From an uncultured Hormoscilla sp. (lineage in GTDB: Bacteria; Cyanobacteriota; Cyanobacteriia; Cyanobacteriales; Desertifilaceae), in NCBI GenBank assembly GCA_963921275.4, contig OZ001293.3, forward strand, positions 6,144,001-6,208,000: a stretch of DNA of 64,000 bases, given 5' to 3'. The notes under the pieces are model-generated. The model had not been told where the DNA came from and did not search any database. It saw only the letters and a list, made by a program, of their open reading frames with translations. Of the stretch, positions 11,750 to 25,203 are shown one piece after another; position 1 is the stretch's first letter; each line of letters begins with the position of its first letter. The translations under genes and the position numbers were made by a program.

Positions 11750-12790
11750 CTAATGCAATTCCAGCCATTTGGGCTGATCTGACATATGGATAGTATCAAC
11801 AAATCTTGCTGTTTTTGACTGGCTGGAGATCACCAGACTTTGAGTCCGTGCGCCGCCGTGGAAATACCGCACCCCTTCCATCAAGGTTCCTGGAGTAATC
11901 CCGCAAGCTGCGAACAGCACTGTTTCGCCACTGGCTAACTCCTCAGCATTATAAACCTTATCTGGGTCTTCAATGCCCATTTCTTTGAGCCGAGCGATGT
12001 TGCTCTCTTTACTTTCGCCAATCAATCCCGTTTTGACTATTTCTGGATCGTAGATCAGCTGTCCTTGGAAGTGACCTCCCAAACAGCGCATGGCGGCGGC
12101 AGAGATTACTCCTTCTGGTGCCGCACCAATGCCCATCAGGGCGTGGATGTTAGTACCCGCAAAGGCACAACTCAGGGCCGCTGATACATCTCCATCGCTG
12201 ATCAGTCGCACCCTGGCACCCGCTTGGCGGATTTCCTCGATCAGGTCTTTGTGACGGGGACGGTCCATGACCACCACCACCAGTTCATCAACGGAGCGGT
12301 CCATGCAATCTGAGATGATTTTCAGGTTTTCCGTGGCTGATTTGCGGATATCTACATGGTTTTTTGCCGCCGGCGGTGCTGCCAGTTTTTTCATGTAGAA
12401 GTCTGGCGCTGCGAACAAACCGCCTTTTTCTGAGATTGCCAATACTGCCATTGAGCCCGGTTGCCCGTAAGCCACCAGGTTGGTGCCTTCACAGGGGTCA
12501 ACTGCGATGTCAATTTCAATCAGTTCGTCGGGATTGCAGAAATCTTTGGCATTTTCCTGGGTACAAATGCCCAATTCTTCACCGATGTAGAGCATGGGGG
12601 CTTCGTCCCGCTCTCCTTCACCGATCACGATGCGTCCCCGCATATAAATCTTGTTCATCCGCTCCCGCATGGCTTCGACTGCCACATGATCGGCGATGTT
12701 TTTGTCTCCTTTGCCCATCCACCGGGCCGAGGCGATCGCGGCTTGCTCCACCACCTCAATAATCTCTAGACCTATCGTACTCTCTATCAC
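11750..12790 (-). CDS. glpX: Class II fructose-1,6-/sedoheptulose-1,7-bisphosphatase
   Basis: [36 protein letters not shown]. Start approximate. Confidence 0.95.
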   Translation of the reverse strand: MIESTIGLEIIEVVEQAAIASARWMGKGDKNIADHVAVEAMRERMNKIYMRGRIVIGEGERDEAPMLYIGEELGICTQENAKDFCNPDELIEIDIAVDPCEGTNLVAYGQPGSMAVLAISEKGGLFAAPDFYMKKLAAPPAAKNHVDIRKSATENLKIISDCMDRSVDELVVVVMDRPRHKDLIEEIRQAGARVRLISDGDVSAALSCAFAGTNIHALMGIGAAPEGVISAAAMRCLGGHFQGQLIYDPEIVKTGLIGESKESNIARLKEMGIEDPDKVYNAEELASGETVLFAACGITPGTLMEGVRYFHGGARTQSLVISSQSKTARFVDTIHMSDQPKWLELH

Positions 12791-13182
12791 TGGATTTTCA
12801 GCCTCCTGAGTCAATCCCAATCTTAGATAATCGCATTTCTAAGGTATTAGTCTATCAGAATCCTGGTTCCTCTGATGACAAATGTTTATTACTATAAATG
12901 TTAAGTTTTGCTAATATCTGCTTCCGGTGTCTCCTGGGTGGTGCTCCTAGGGGTCGGGAGACACCGCCAGGCGGCAATTGTAGGCTGTTTTGACGCTGCT
13001 GGTCCCCCAGCCCGCCCAGCCTGTCTCCTGCTGCTGGTCATAGCCCCAAGCCCCGGGAGCATGTCTAGCTAAGAAAATAAGTATTTTTGCTCTCAGACAG
13101 GATCACCTACTAATTAGTATGGTGCTAACAACTGACAACTAACAACTAACAACTAACAACTAACAACTGACAGAGGTAAACA

Positions 13183-14030
13183 ATGACATTACTGACAATG
13201 GAAAACCTTTACAGTCGGCTATCAGAGGTTGGTTTGAGATCCAGTTTCATCCGGCGCCAGGTGCTGCCCGAATGGTGGGCTCCGGAACTGGAATCCCAAC
13301 TGGCAGCAGTTGCTGAAGCGGCGGTATATATTGCTATTCGATGCGGATTATATCTAGCTTCCGTCTTCAAACCAGACTCACCTATCATATTTAAGTATCG
13401 AGGTATACCCCAAGCAAAAAAAACTGATGGGACGACTGAATCTGTTCCCCTGATTGCACAAGGTCTGGCTGCGAATGTAGCCGAAATGGTGGCCTACACT
13501 TGTCAACCCGAATATCAGCCACTCCCTGATTCAGCATTGGAGATCCGCAGCTTAATTTTAAAGCATAACTATTGCGTATATTTGGACAGTTTATTACAAT
13601 TCTGTTGGAGTTACGGTGTGGGGGTTGTGTACTTTTCCCGATTTACCCAAAACCTTGAAAAAATCCCTGGCATGGTTGGCTATTTCTATGACCGCCCGGC
13701 GATCGTGCTTAGTGCTAAACAATTTTTTTCAGCCGAACTGCTGTTTATCCTGACCCACCAACTCCGTCCACCTGACTTTTTCCCTGAGAGATTGTGAATC
13801 AGGAACGATTATAGCAGATAAGAAAGTCGATCGAGATAGTGGAGATAATGTCGAAGCCGATGCGAATACATATGCTTACGAACTGTTGTTGGGCAAGTCT
13901 GATATTTGCTATCAAGCCCCTAGACATTGCAATGTGATCGCCCTGGCTGAGTTGGCTATCAAAAGCAGCAAAAGAGATGGCGTAGACCCGGGTTTTATTG
14001 CCCTAAATTACTCCTGGGAGAAAAGAAGGC
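13183..14030 (+). pseudogene. ImmA/IrrE-like metallopeptidase pseudogene
   Basis: LPEWW, FCWSYGVGV, RPAIVL, LFILTHQL (degenerate HExxH). A frameshift near 13760 is followed by EADANTYAYELLLG, and the gene ends at palindromic repeats. Confidence 0.55.
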
Positions 14031-14729
14031 ATGTTGGGTGCATCTCACTTTTGTCATCTAGCCCTCGATGTCTCGGCGATGTGCGATGCGCAGTGCGAAT
14101 AGCGCGTGCAGAGCACATCGGGAGTAGTGCGAATACGATGTCCCCAGTGCTCCTAGCGCTGGGGACATCGAGCTCTCCCGAGATATCGAAGCAGGCGGGC
14201 TTTGTATGTGTAGCCCCACCCTTTAGGGTTCCGGCGAGGAAGTTAAGCAAAAACGGGATGCACCCGATGTCAAGCTTCGCAAAGCTACCATAAAATTGCA
14301 ATTTTTACGTAATACAATTTGTAGTGCGGAAGATCGGTTCGAGGGATAAAAATAGGGAGTAGGAGAATGGGAAAACAGATTTTTATGTTCGCTCCCCACT
14401 CGGCACTCCCCAACTCCCCACTTTTTTTAACCGAGAAGTATTGCCACTGCATGGGCTTCGCGCATCGGACCCCCCCCGATCACCCGCTCGCCTACATTTT
14501 TCCCTTGCTAGCCAAAATCCGATCGCTCGTTCATTGTTAGCTCACCTAGGTGCGATCGGGGCACGAGGCACCGGTCATAACATATTGGTGACCGATAACC
14601 CACACCCGATCGGATATCAATAGAGAAAGGGATAGTCAGGATCGCCCAACAGTCAGGAGACCGATAAGTATTGGGGGCTGATATCCTCTTCTTATGGTAA
14701 AATGATACCACATACAGTATCGCAGACCA

Positions 14730-14960
14730 ATGAGTAAGTTACGTAAGCTGGTTGAACAGTTCCTTTCCAACCCAGCAGAGATAAGCTTTGAAGATGTTAA
14801 ATATGTACTTTCCGCATTTGAGTTTGAGGAAAAACGTTCCAAGGGAAGCCACCACATTTTTGCAGATTCTCAAGGACGAGTTTTAAAAGTTCCCAAAAAA
14901 TGTGGCAAAAAAGTCAAGCGAGTTTAGATCGAAAGAGGAGTTGAGTTGTTGAATTTATAA
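14730..14960 (+). pseudogene. hicA: HicA toxin with premature stop
   Basis: RSKGSHHIF motif; TAG at 14925-14927 followed by in-frame IERGVELLNL. Confidence 0.75.
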
Positions 14961-14985
14961 TTCTGGCAATAGGAGATGGAAAGTG

Positions 14986-15405
14986 ATGATGAATAATCAA
15001 GCAATGACGAAGGAGAAATTTAAATATGAACGGAAACAATTGGATTATTATCTCAACTTAAACTATCCCATTACTGTTTATCCCGATCGGGAATAAGGAG
15101 GGTATGTTGCTGAGATTAAAGACTTGCCTGGATGTCTGACTCAAGGCGATACTTTAGAAGAGACAATGAATAACATTGCAGAGGCGTGCCAACTTTGGAT
15201 TGAGACTGTTTATGATAGTGGTAAAGAGATTACGCTACCTAGTAAGGAGACTGATTATAGCGGTAAATTGCTATTGCAGATGCCGAAATCTCTACACCGT
15301 CGTTTGGCAAAAAAATCTGAAAGGGAAGGAGTTAGTATTAATCAATATATTTTGTTTCTATTGAGCAATGGAAATGAAAACAATTTTGCTCCTGGGAAAA
15401 ATTAA
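14986..15405 (+). pseudogene. hicB: HicB antitoxin with premature stop
   Basis: YYLNLNYPITVYPDRE*GGYVAEIKDLPGCLTQGDT...YSGKLLLQMPKSLH...EGVSINQY; in-frame TAA at 15094-15096. Confidence 0.85.
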
Positions 15406-15626
15406 GATTTACCCTCGACCGTCATTCAGACCGCGATCGGAGAACGAGGCACCGGTCATAACATATTGGTGACCGACGGCAAACACCCGATCGGAGATCC
15501 TGTTTGTCGGCGGTGGGGCGGTGGGTTAGGGTGTGGTCAAAAACAGTTGGCGACCGATCCCCCCCCTCCCCTCCAGCCCCCCCCTTGTTAAGCTATGCTT
15601 TACTCACATCTTTCTTAACATTTCTC

Positions 15627-17771
<2,145 letters not shown>

Positions 17772-17867
17772 CACAGGGAGTTCGATGTCTCTCGGGAGCG
17801 CTAATCGCACTACCCGAGAGACATCGAGGCGGGGTTTGCCAGTTCCTGGAATTGTCGCTCGTTACGT

Positions 17868-18377
17868 TTGGCTGTAACGAAACGCCAAGTCCGTGTTAAA
17901 TCTCTAGTCATAATAGCGGCTGGAGCAATGGGAGAAAAGCGAACAAATATGTGGCTATATAAGCTGGTAGCATCGAAGATTATTGGACGGATAATAGTCC
18001 GTCTTTTCCCTTTTAAGTTATTCGCTCAACGTTGGAGAGCAGCCTGTGTCAATAAAGAGGTTATAACTGATGATGTAATTCTAACTTATTTCAGGAATTT
18101 CAAAAAAAATGGTCATACACAAACACGTATTGGACTGGAGGTTCGAGCCAGTTATGGTAGTAAATTTGAAAAATTTGAACCAGCGATGAAACGTATTAAG
18201 GCTCCTACGCTTCTAATTTGGGGAGAAAACGATCCATTAGTTCCTTTATCTACAGGACATCTATTCAAAAAGTATATTCGAGAATCCCAATTTGTAGCTA
18301 TCCCTAATTGTGGTGATTTTCCTCATGAGGAATATCCTAATGCTGTTTGTTATAGCATCTTGAATTTTATATATTAA
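17868..18377 (+). pseudogene. Alpha/beta hydrolase, C-terminal part
   Basis: IKAPTLLIWGENDPLVP...IPNCGDFPHEEYP; no nucleophile elbow in the fragment. Confidence 0.7.
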
Positions 18378-18413
18378 TTTAAATAAAATTAACTGAGTGC
18401 AGGATAGGTAAAC

Positions 18414-19148
18414 ATGAACCTAATTGTAAAAATTGGAATAATTGGTGATTATAATGAAAGTTTTATACCTCATAAAGCGACTAACGATGCCCTCAATCAT
18501 GCTTCAAGATATCTCGGTATAAAAATCGAGATCCAATGGCTATCAACAGCTTTATTAGAACAAAATGTTGTCGAAAAATATCTGAAGCAATTTAATGCTC
18601 TCTGGTGTGCTCCGGGAAGCCCTTATCAAAGTCTAAAAGGGGCACTCAACGCAATTCAGTTTGCTAGAGAAAATGACTGGCCGTTTATAGGGACATGCGG
18701 TGGTTGTCAGCATGTAGTGATTGAATATGCCCGAAATGTTCTGGGATTTCAGGATGCTGAACATGCAGAATATAATCCATATGGATCGAGGTTGTTCATT
18801 TCGGCTTTGCCATGTTCTCTGGTGGGAAAAACCATGCGAATCAACTTAAACCCTAACTCGTTTGCGTATAGGATTTATAAAAGTACTGTCATTCAAGAAC
18901 AGTACTACTGCAATTTTGGTATCAATACAGCTTATCAAGCACTAATTCACGAGGGAGGTCTATTGATAACGGGTGTTGAAGAGGAGAGAGAAGCAAGGAT
19001 ATTAGAGTTACCAAATCATAACTTTTTTATAGCTACCTTGTTTGTTCCTCAACTAACATCATCACCAGACAATCCGCACCCCTTAATTGTTGCTTATTTA
19101 GAGCATGCTGCAAGGTTCAAAAAACGACACGAGGAAATCCCAGGTTAA
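18414..19148 (+). CDS. CTP synthase C-terminal-like class I glutamine amidotransferase (stand-alone)
   Basis: IGIIGDY, PGSPY, FIGTCGGCQH, IEYARNVLG, FFIATLFVPQ, PHPLI. Confidence 0.8.
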   Translation: MNLIVKIGIIGDYNESFIPHKATNDALNHASRYLGIKIEIQWLSTALLEQNVVEKYLKQFNALWCAPGSPYQSLKGALNAIQFARENDWPFIGTCGGCQHVVIEYARNVLGFQDAEHAEYNPYGSRLFISALPCSLVGKTMRINLNPNSFAYRIYKSTVIQEQYYCNFGINTAYQALIHEGGLLITGVEEEREARILELPNHNFFIATLFVPQLTSSPDNPHPLIVAYLEHAARFKKRHEEIPG

Positions 19149-19177
19149 TTATTAGATATTTTTTAGGAAGTTATATC

Positions 19178-19620
19178 ATGACAAAACACGAAAAGTAAAA
19201 CAGAACAGGAATAATTGCTGACTCTTCTACTTGAAAAGGAAGGAATTAAATTTTCTGAACCATATACCATAATGCGAAAAAAAGACATTAATGTCCCACC
19301 ATTATCTTTCGCTCAGGAACCTCTATGGCACTTTGAAAAAAATCAATTAAAGGTTTACTTAATGTAAGGGCATGAGAACAGAGATTGAAAGAAATTGTGC
19401 ATCGCCACGCAATACTGCGAACTACTTTTCCATCTGTAAATGAGCAACCACTACTATTGGTTTCTCCAAATTTAAACTCGATAATGTAAATAGTAGATCT
19501 TCAGGATTTCTATAATCCTATGGAAAGGTTATCTGAAGCTCAAAAACTGGAATCTCAGCAGCCTTTTTCTTTGGCACAATATCCTTTGTTTAGGGTAAAA
19601 CTCCTGCATCTGTCCAGAGA
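19178..19620 (+). pseudogene. Decayed NRPS condensation-domain N-terminus
   Basis: LSFAQEPLW, EIVHRHAILRTTFPSVNEQP, QPFSLAQYPLFRVKLLHL, interrupted by stops. Confidence 0.75.
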
Positions 19621-20283
19621 GTTCAATCTGCGCACTTTAAATTTAATCTTCCAATCATTCACCCCGATCGCTAGCAATAAAATTGCGAATAATTCCTTTT
19701 TCTCAAACAGACTTGCGTTATTTCAGCAATTTGGTATAGCATGGATACAGTGGTAAATTGCCCTAACTATGACTATTTATACCTAAGTCTGGCAAAATTG
19801 GCCGAAAGGGTAGGTTTTTCGCGGACTCAGTCTTCTTTAAGGGTCTCTTTTCCCCGGAAACACCCCAAGCAGAAGCACAATATTTTTTTGATACCTCTAG
19901 GAGTACGGTTGACAAATCAAGAAAAGATGGGAATGTCAAAAAAACCGTAAATAAAAGATTGTGGTGGGAAGAAGAGTAGGAAAAGCGACAAGATGACACT
20001 GAGAAAGGATGGAATTGTCGGGCGCTCGGGTATTTCTGATGAACCGGTAGTAAGAAGATCTGGGCCGTAGAAAATTGGCGATCGGGGTAGAAAAGAAAGT
20101 AATATGGGTAAGAGTTGTCAGGTTGTCAGGGGACCGGAGCGATCGCCCAAAGATGGAGATTGTAGGTAGGGTAGAGCGCCAGCGAAACCCAATATGAGCA
20201 TGGTAGGGTTGGGTTTCGTTCGGAAACCCAACCTACAAGAGCTAAAATGACAATGTTTTTAGTCGGTTTTCAACCGACTGTAG

Positions 20284-20905
20284 CTATGACGCGGGGGTTT
20301 GAACCTCCGGCGGGGTAACGGAACTCCGATTGCCCTTCCGTTTCTGCACAGAAGACTGGCGAATGGGAATCGAAATGGCGAACTCTGCCCCCTCACCTGG
20401 TGCGGAAATACATTCGAGAGTGCCTCCATGTTTTTCTACCACAATCTGGTAGCCCCCAACCTGCCCCAACCCCAAACCCGTGCCCTTGCCCACAGGTTTA
20501 GTAGTGAAGAAAGGGTTAAACAAATTCTTTTTCGCCGACTCGGTTATCCCCGGTCCATTATCGGCAATACGGATGGCGACGCGATCGCAATCAATCTTTT
20601 CTGCGCTCGTCCAAATAGTAGGAATAGGATTCTTTGATTGTCCCGACTCGGGAGTCTGTGGCGATGAACGATCGCTTAAACCATAAGCTTCTTCCAAGGC
20701 ATCGATCGCATTATTGAGTAGATTGATAAACACTTGGTTTAGTTGCCCGGGATAGCACTCAATGTAAAAGAGACTACCATACTCTTTAAGCACCTGAATT
20801 ATCGGATCGCCGCTCTGGTTTTTCAGCCGATTTTGCAGGAGCATTAAGGTACTGTCGATGCCAGAGTGAATGTCAGCTGCTTTCATATCTGATTCGTCCA
20901 ACCGC
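20284..20905 (-). pseudogene. Histidine kinase HATPase domain fragment
   Basis: QLNQVFINLLNNAID, IADNGPG, PFFTTKPVGKGTGLGL; N-terminus and H-box absent. Confidence 0.85.
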
Positions 20906-21095
20906 AGCTCCGATGTGCTCTGCTGCTGTGTCTCCTGGGAGCTCGATGTCCCCCGGGAGCGCTACTCGCACTACCCGGGGGACACCGAAGTCGCACTACC
21001 CAGGAGACACAGCGCGCTACTCGCACTGCGCGGAGCACATTAATCGCACATCGTGCAAAGATAGGACTATCTTGCGGATGCGATGGGCTCCATTT

Positions 21096-21358
21096 CAATA
21101 CTTCTCGGTTAACAATCTGTCATTGCGAGGGGGAAACCAAAACCGACATTTTAGGGCTCCAAGCGATGATCCCCCCGTTAGCGCAGCGGCCCGACGCCAG
21201 GAGGGCTAGCAATCTCACCGACGACGCCGGAGAACTCTTCATCTCATACGGGGCGGGGGGATTGCTTCGGGGGGGGGTTAACGAACATGAACACATAAAT
21301 TAATCGCTACGTACCCCCCCTCGCAATGACAAATAAAATCCTTAACCGAGAAGTATTG
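21096..21358. mobile_element. 263-bp MITE with 17-bp TIR and 10-bp target duplication
   Basis: CAATACTTCTCGGTTAA ... TTAACCGAGAAGTATTG; GGCTCCATTT on both sides (21086-21095, 21359-21368). Confidence 0.88.
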
Positions 21359-21380
21359 GGCTCCATTTTGCATCTGCATA

Positions 21381-22411
21381 TTAAAGGCGATCGCCAGTTT
21401 GGACATCAAACCAATGAATCCGATCGGGTGGCACAGCTAAGGTAAGTCGTTCTCCTTCCCAAGCTTGGTCATTAGGCAACAATACTCGCAGAGTCAACCC
21501 ATCTGCGATGTCCGACGGGCAGTGCGAGTAGCGCGCCCGGAGGGCATCGAAACCCTCAACCCTAAGCCTGATGAGATTGTGCATTCCCAAATTTTCCACC
21601 AAATCTACCGTTCCTTCAATCTTCTGAGGGTCTTCTGGGCGGGCGAGGCGGAGATGTTCAGGACGAATACCCAGTATAATGGACGGGGACATTTGGAGCA
21701 ACTCCCGCCCGTGCATGAGAAAGTCCCCCAAAACCGCAGCTTGTCGGTGGCATTGCAGTTGGAGTAAATTCATCTGGGGACTACCCACAAAAGAAGCGAC
21801 AAATTTATTAGCTGGATGGGTATAAATTTGCGTGGGGGTGTCTAGTTGCTGGACTATCCCATTGTTGAGAACTGCCACTTTATTAGAGAGAGTCATTGCC
21901 TCGGTCTGGTCGTGGGTGACGTAAATTACTGGCACTTGCTGGGATGCAAATATCTTTTTCATCTCAGCTCTTACCCGTTCTCGTAGTAGGGCATCCAGGT
22001 TACTCAGGGGTTCATCCAGTAAGAATACATCAGGACGACGCACGAGGGCGCGACCCAGAGCAACCCGTTGCCTTTGTCCCCCAGATAGTTGACCCGGTTT
22101 GCGGTCCATTAACGCTTCCAGTCCTAGCAGTTTAGCATATTCAGCGATCCGCTGTTTGATTTCAGAAGAGGGTACTTTTTTCAACTTCAGTCCCGATGCC
22201 AAGTTGTCATATACTTTCATGTGGGGATACAGGGCGTAGCTTTGAAACACCATCGCCATGTTGCGATCGCCCGGTTGGAGGTTTGTCACATCCCGCCCAC
22301 CGATTAATATCTTTCCCCGAGTAGGTTGTTCTAACCCTGCTATCATCCGCAGGGTCGTTGATTTGCCACAACCCGACGGTCCCAATAAGGTAAGAAATTC
22401 TCCATCTGCTA
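21381..22411 (-). pseudogene. 5'-truncated duplicate of the sugar ABC ATPase at 38068..39132
   Basis: Near-identical DNA; lacks the first ~27 codons; carries a 45-bp in-frame insert. Confidence 0.9.
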
Positions 22412-22718
22412 AATTCTTGCATTGGGAAACTCATCATCGGACAATGGTTTCAGAAGATCGACCATAGCAATGTAAATGCGCGACAGCTTATCAATCCTCC
22501 TATCGGAACCTGCTGGGTTAAAATTAAAAGGTGACTCCTGACTCTGGGGGGAGAATGCCTTGGCCGAAGCATTTCCCAGACATCGTCGCCGGAGCCCGCT
22601 AGCATCTATGAGATACATTGCAAAATATACTCACCACCAGAGCGTTCTAAATAAAACTCCAAAATTTTCCAAATAGGTCAATTTTTAACTATACATGTAC
22701 TTAGATGTTATAGTATAG

Positions 22719-22784
22719 GGGATTTAGGTGGGATTTAGGTGGGATTTAGGTGGGATTTAGGTGGGATTTAGGTGGGATTTAGGT
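22719..22784. repeat. 11-bp tandem repeat (GGGATTTAGGT) x6
   Basis: Read directly. Confidence 0.9.
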
Positions 22785-23050
22785 CGGGGCAGTATCTGAT
22801 AATATTCTTTTTTGCTTTGCAACTGTTGCGGTTGACAATCGCTGCTCTCACCTCTTGGTTTTGACCGAGCGAGCCAGTAATGAGGTAATCAAGCCAAAAT
22901 ACTTATTTACTTGCCAAAACATGCTCCCTCAAAACCGGTTGGTAAAGAAAAGAATTCAACTCACCGGCACTGCCGGAGCTTTCACGCTCAAATCACCGGC
23001 TGTACTTAATGGGTGTGGTCATGCGTCAGTTGGTTTCAGGGGCGGCGGCG

Positions 23051-23352
23051 CAATACTTCTCGGTATGTCGCGCTTCGGAGAAGTGGGGAGTGGGGAGTGG
23101 GGAGTGGAGTGGGGAGTGCGCTCGGTGGACGATACCGACGACGGCTCTCCCTTGTCCCTTGTCCCTTGTCCCTTGTCCCTTGTCCCTTCTCTCTTCTCTC
23201 AACTCCTCTCCGGCAAGTAGTTATCAGATTTCCAAATATATCAGATAACATCAACCATCGAGCGGGCAATACTTTCATGCTCTGTATGGGAGCAATTGTT
23301 TTTGATAAAATTCTGACTGCGCTATGAAAGCTCGCTTAACCGAGAAGCATTG
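23051..23352. mobile_element. Second, degenerate MITE with the same TIR family
   Basis: CAATACTTCTCGGT ... ACCGAGAAGCATTG; flanks GGCGGCG on both sides; contains GGGGAGT and CCCTTGT heptamer repeats. Confidence 0.7.
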
Positions 23353-23579
23353 GGCGGCGTGGGGCCTCTAACCAGGTAACTCCTGTGAAACCTGGTTATT
23401 GGTGGAGTCTGAGCTATCAACGGTCTGCATGACCACACCCTTTGAGTTATGAAAAGATAGGATTAGAGGAGCTGATGCAGGTGATGCTCACAACCGCGAA
23501 ATGGACAATTGCTGACGTTTCTGTGACCATTCTGGGTGGAGCAGGTGTTCCGGACTGTAGATGAGGTGTGGTCATTAAG

Positions 23580-24470
23580 GGCTGTGTATAGCATTGTTAT
23601 CACCGGCAGAATATGGACGATCGCAGTTGGGTTGGGAAGAGGAGGGAATGAGGAACTGATGCCATCAAACCCTTACTAGATAAGCGTTTGAAGCAAGTAG
23701 CGAAAAATTTTTGCTCCCAAGCCAAAAAAGGGTTGACAAATGATTTTTTGGCGTCTACTATAGGTAAAGTGCGGTAACCGCAGCATCAGCCCCCCCAGCC
23801 TAAAGACTGGGGCTACACTGAATAGAGGTTGTAGGCGATAGCTGGCTTCGTTGGCCGCGTCGGCCATCATTAGGCGCGCTCGGGCCTTCGGTAAATCTGA
23901 GGGATCTGGGCTGTGTATACTATTGTGATAGCTGGCAGAATATGGGAAATAACTGGCAGAATATGGGCGCTCGCAGTTGGCTCCCGAAGATGATCGAATG
24001 AAGATCGGATGCATTCAAACCCTTACTAGATAAGCGTTTGCAGTAAATGGCGAAAAAAAATTTGCTCCCAAGCCCAAAAAGGTTGACAAATGATTTTTTG
24101 ACGTCTACTATAGGTAAACTGCGGTAACCGCAGCATCAGCCCCCCAGCCTAAAGACTGGGGCTACACTGAATAGAGCGCCGGTTGTAGGCAAGCTGGCTT
24201 CGTTGGCCATTCGCGTCGGCCATCATTAGGGGTGCCTTCGGTAAATCTGAGGGATCTGGGCTGTGTATACTAGAGCTGGCAAAATCAGGGAGATAACCGG
24301 CAGAATCGGGGCGATCGCAGTTGGCTCCCGAAGATGCTCGAATGAAGAGCGGATGCCTACAAACCCTTACTAGATAAGCGTTTGCAGTAAATGGCAAAAA
24401 AATTTGCTCCCAAGCCCAAAAAGGGTTAACAAATGATTTTTCGGCGTTTACTATAGGTAAAGTGCAGTAA
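23580..24470 (+). repeat. Three tandem ~345-bp units, each with a sigma70-like promoter
   Basis: TTGACA-17-TACTAT at 23733 and 24083; TTAACA-17-TACTAT at 24426; shared CAAACCCTTACTAGATAAGCGTTTG. Confidence 0.85.
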
Positions 24471-24489
24471 CACTCTGACAAGATTTCCG

Positions 24490-24831
24490 ATGGTTTCCAA
24501 CCAGCAGCTCATTCACGACCAACCCCAACCAATAAGCTTTGAGTCAAATGGCTCCAAGTCGGAAAAAAGTGTGCGATCGCTCCTGCTCGACAGGCTTTTG
24601 TCCCCCGATAGCCAACCCGGACGCTATTTCGATGGAGAAGCGATGCAGCAATTGATTGCTAGCATTAAGGAAAACGGCATCTTACAGCCGTTGCTGGTGC
24701 GACCTGTGGGAGATAAGTATGAATTGGTTGCGGGGGAACGCCGGTTAAAAGCCGCTCGGACAGTGGGACTGACAGAAGTTCCGGTGACTGTGCGGGAGAT
24801 GACTATTGAGTCAGGAATAGATTATCGATAG
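24490..24831 (+). pseudogene. ParB N-terminal domain fragment
   Basis: SIKENGILQPLLVRP...YELVAGERRLKAA; the frame ends before the HTH. Confidence 0.85.
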
Positions 24832-24879
24832 AAGCAAAATTGAAAAATTAAGAATAACGAATAACAAGGATGGGTTTCA

Positions 24880-25203
24880 GTGATGACAAAAGATTGGCAG
24901 ATTGATTATCAACAAGCAAGGTTGGAAGAAATCCTAGAAGATGGTACAGTTCGTTGTCATCTTTCACCAAGAAACTGCAAAATCAAGGAAGGGCAGCAAG
25001 GATTCTGTGGGATCAAACAAGTATATGATGCTGGCAAACATTTGGAACTTAGCACTTTGATGATCACGGACATCAGTGATCATGAAGAGACAGCAATGAA
25101 GATCTCTGACTGGATGATGGAAAATCTTGATTCCACTAGCGACGTTGGCATAGGCGAAAACCTAGGGTTCGTGTCACCAGACGCAAGTCAGTACAATCCA
25201 TAA
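24880..25203 (+). pseudogene. Internally deleted AmmeMemoRadiSam-type radical SAM enzyme
   Basis: N-terminal VRCHLSPRNCKIKEGQQGFCG joined directly to the late segment GKHLELSTLMI...ISDWMMENL; CxxxCxxC core absent. Confidence 0.6.

Noticed and set aside
22855..24481. ORFs 22855..23327, 23676..24014 and 24149..24481 as proteins
   Set aside because: They are translations of heptamer repeats, the MITE and the tandem promoter units.
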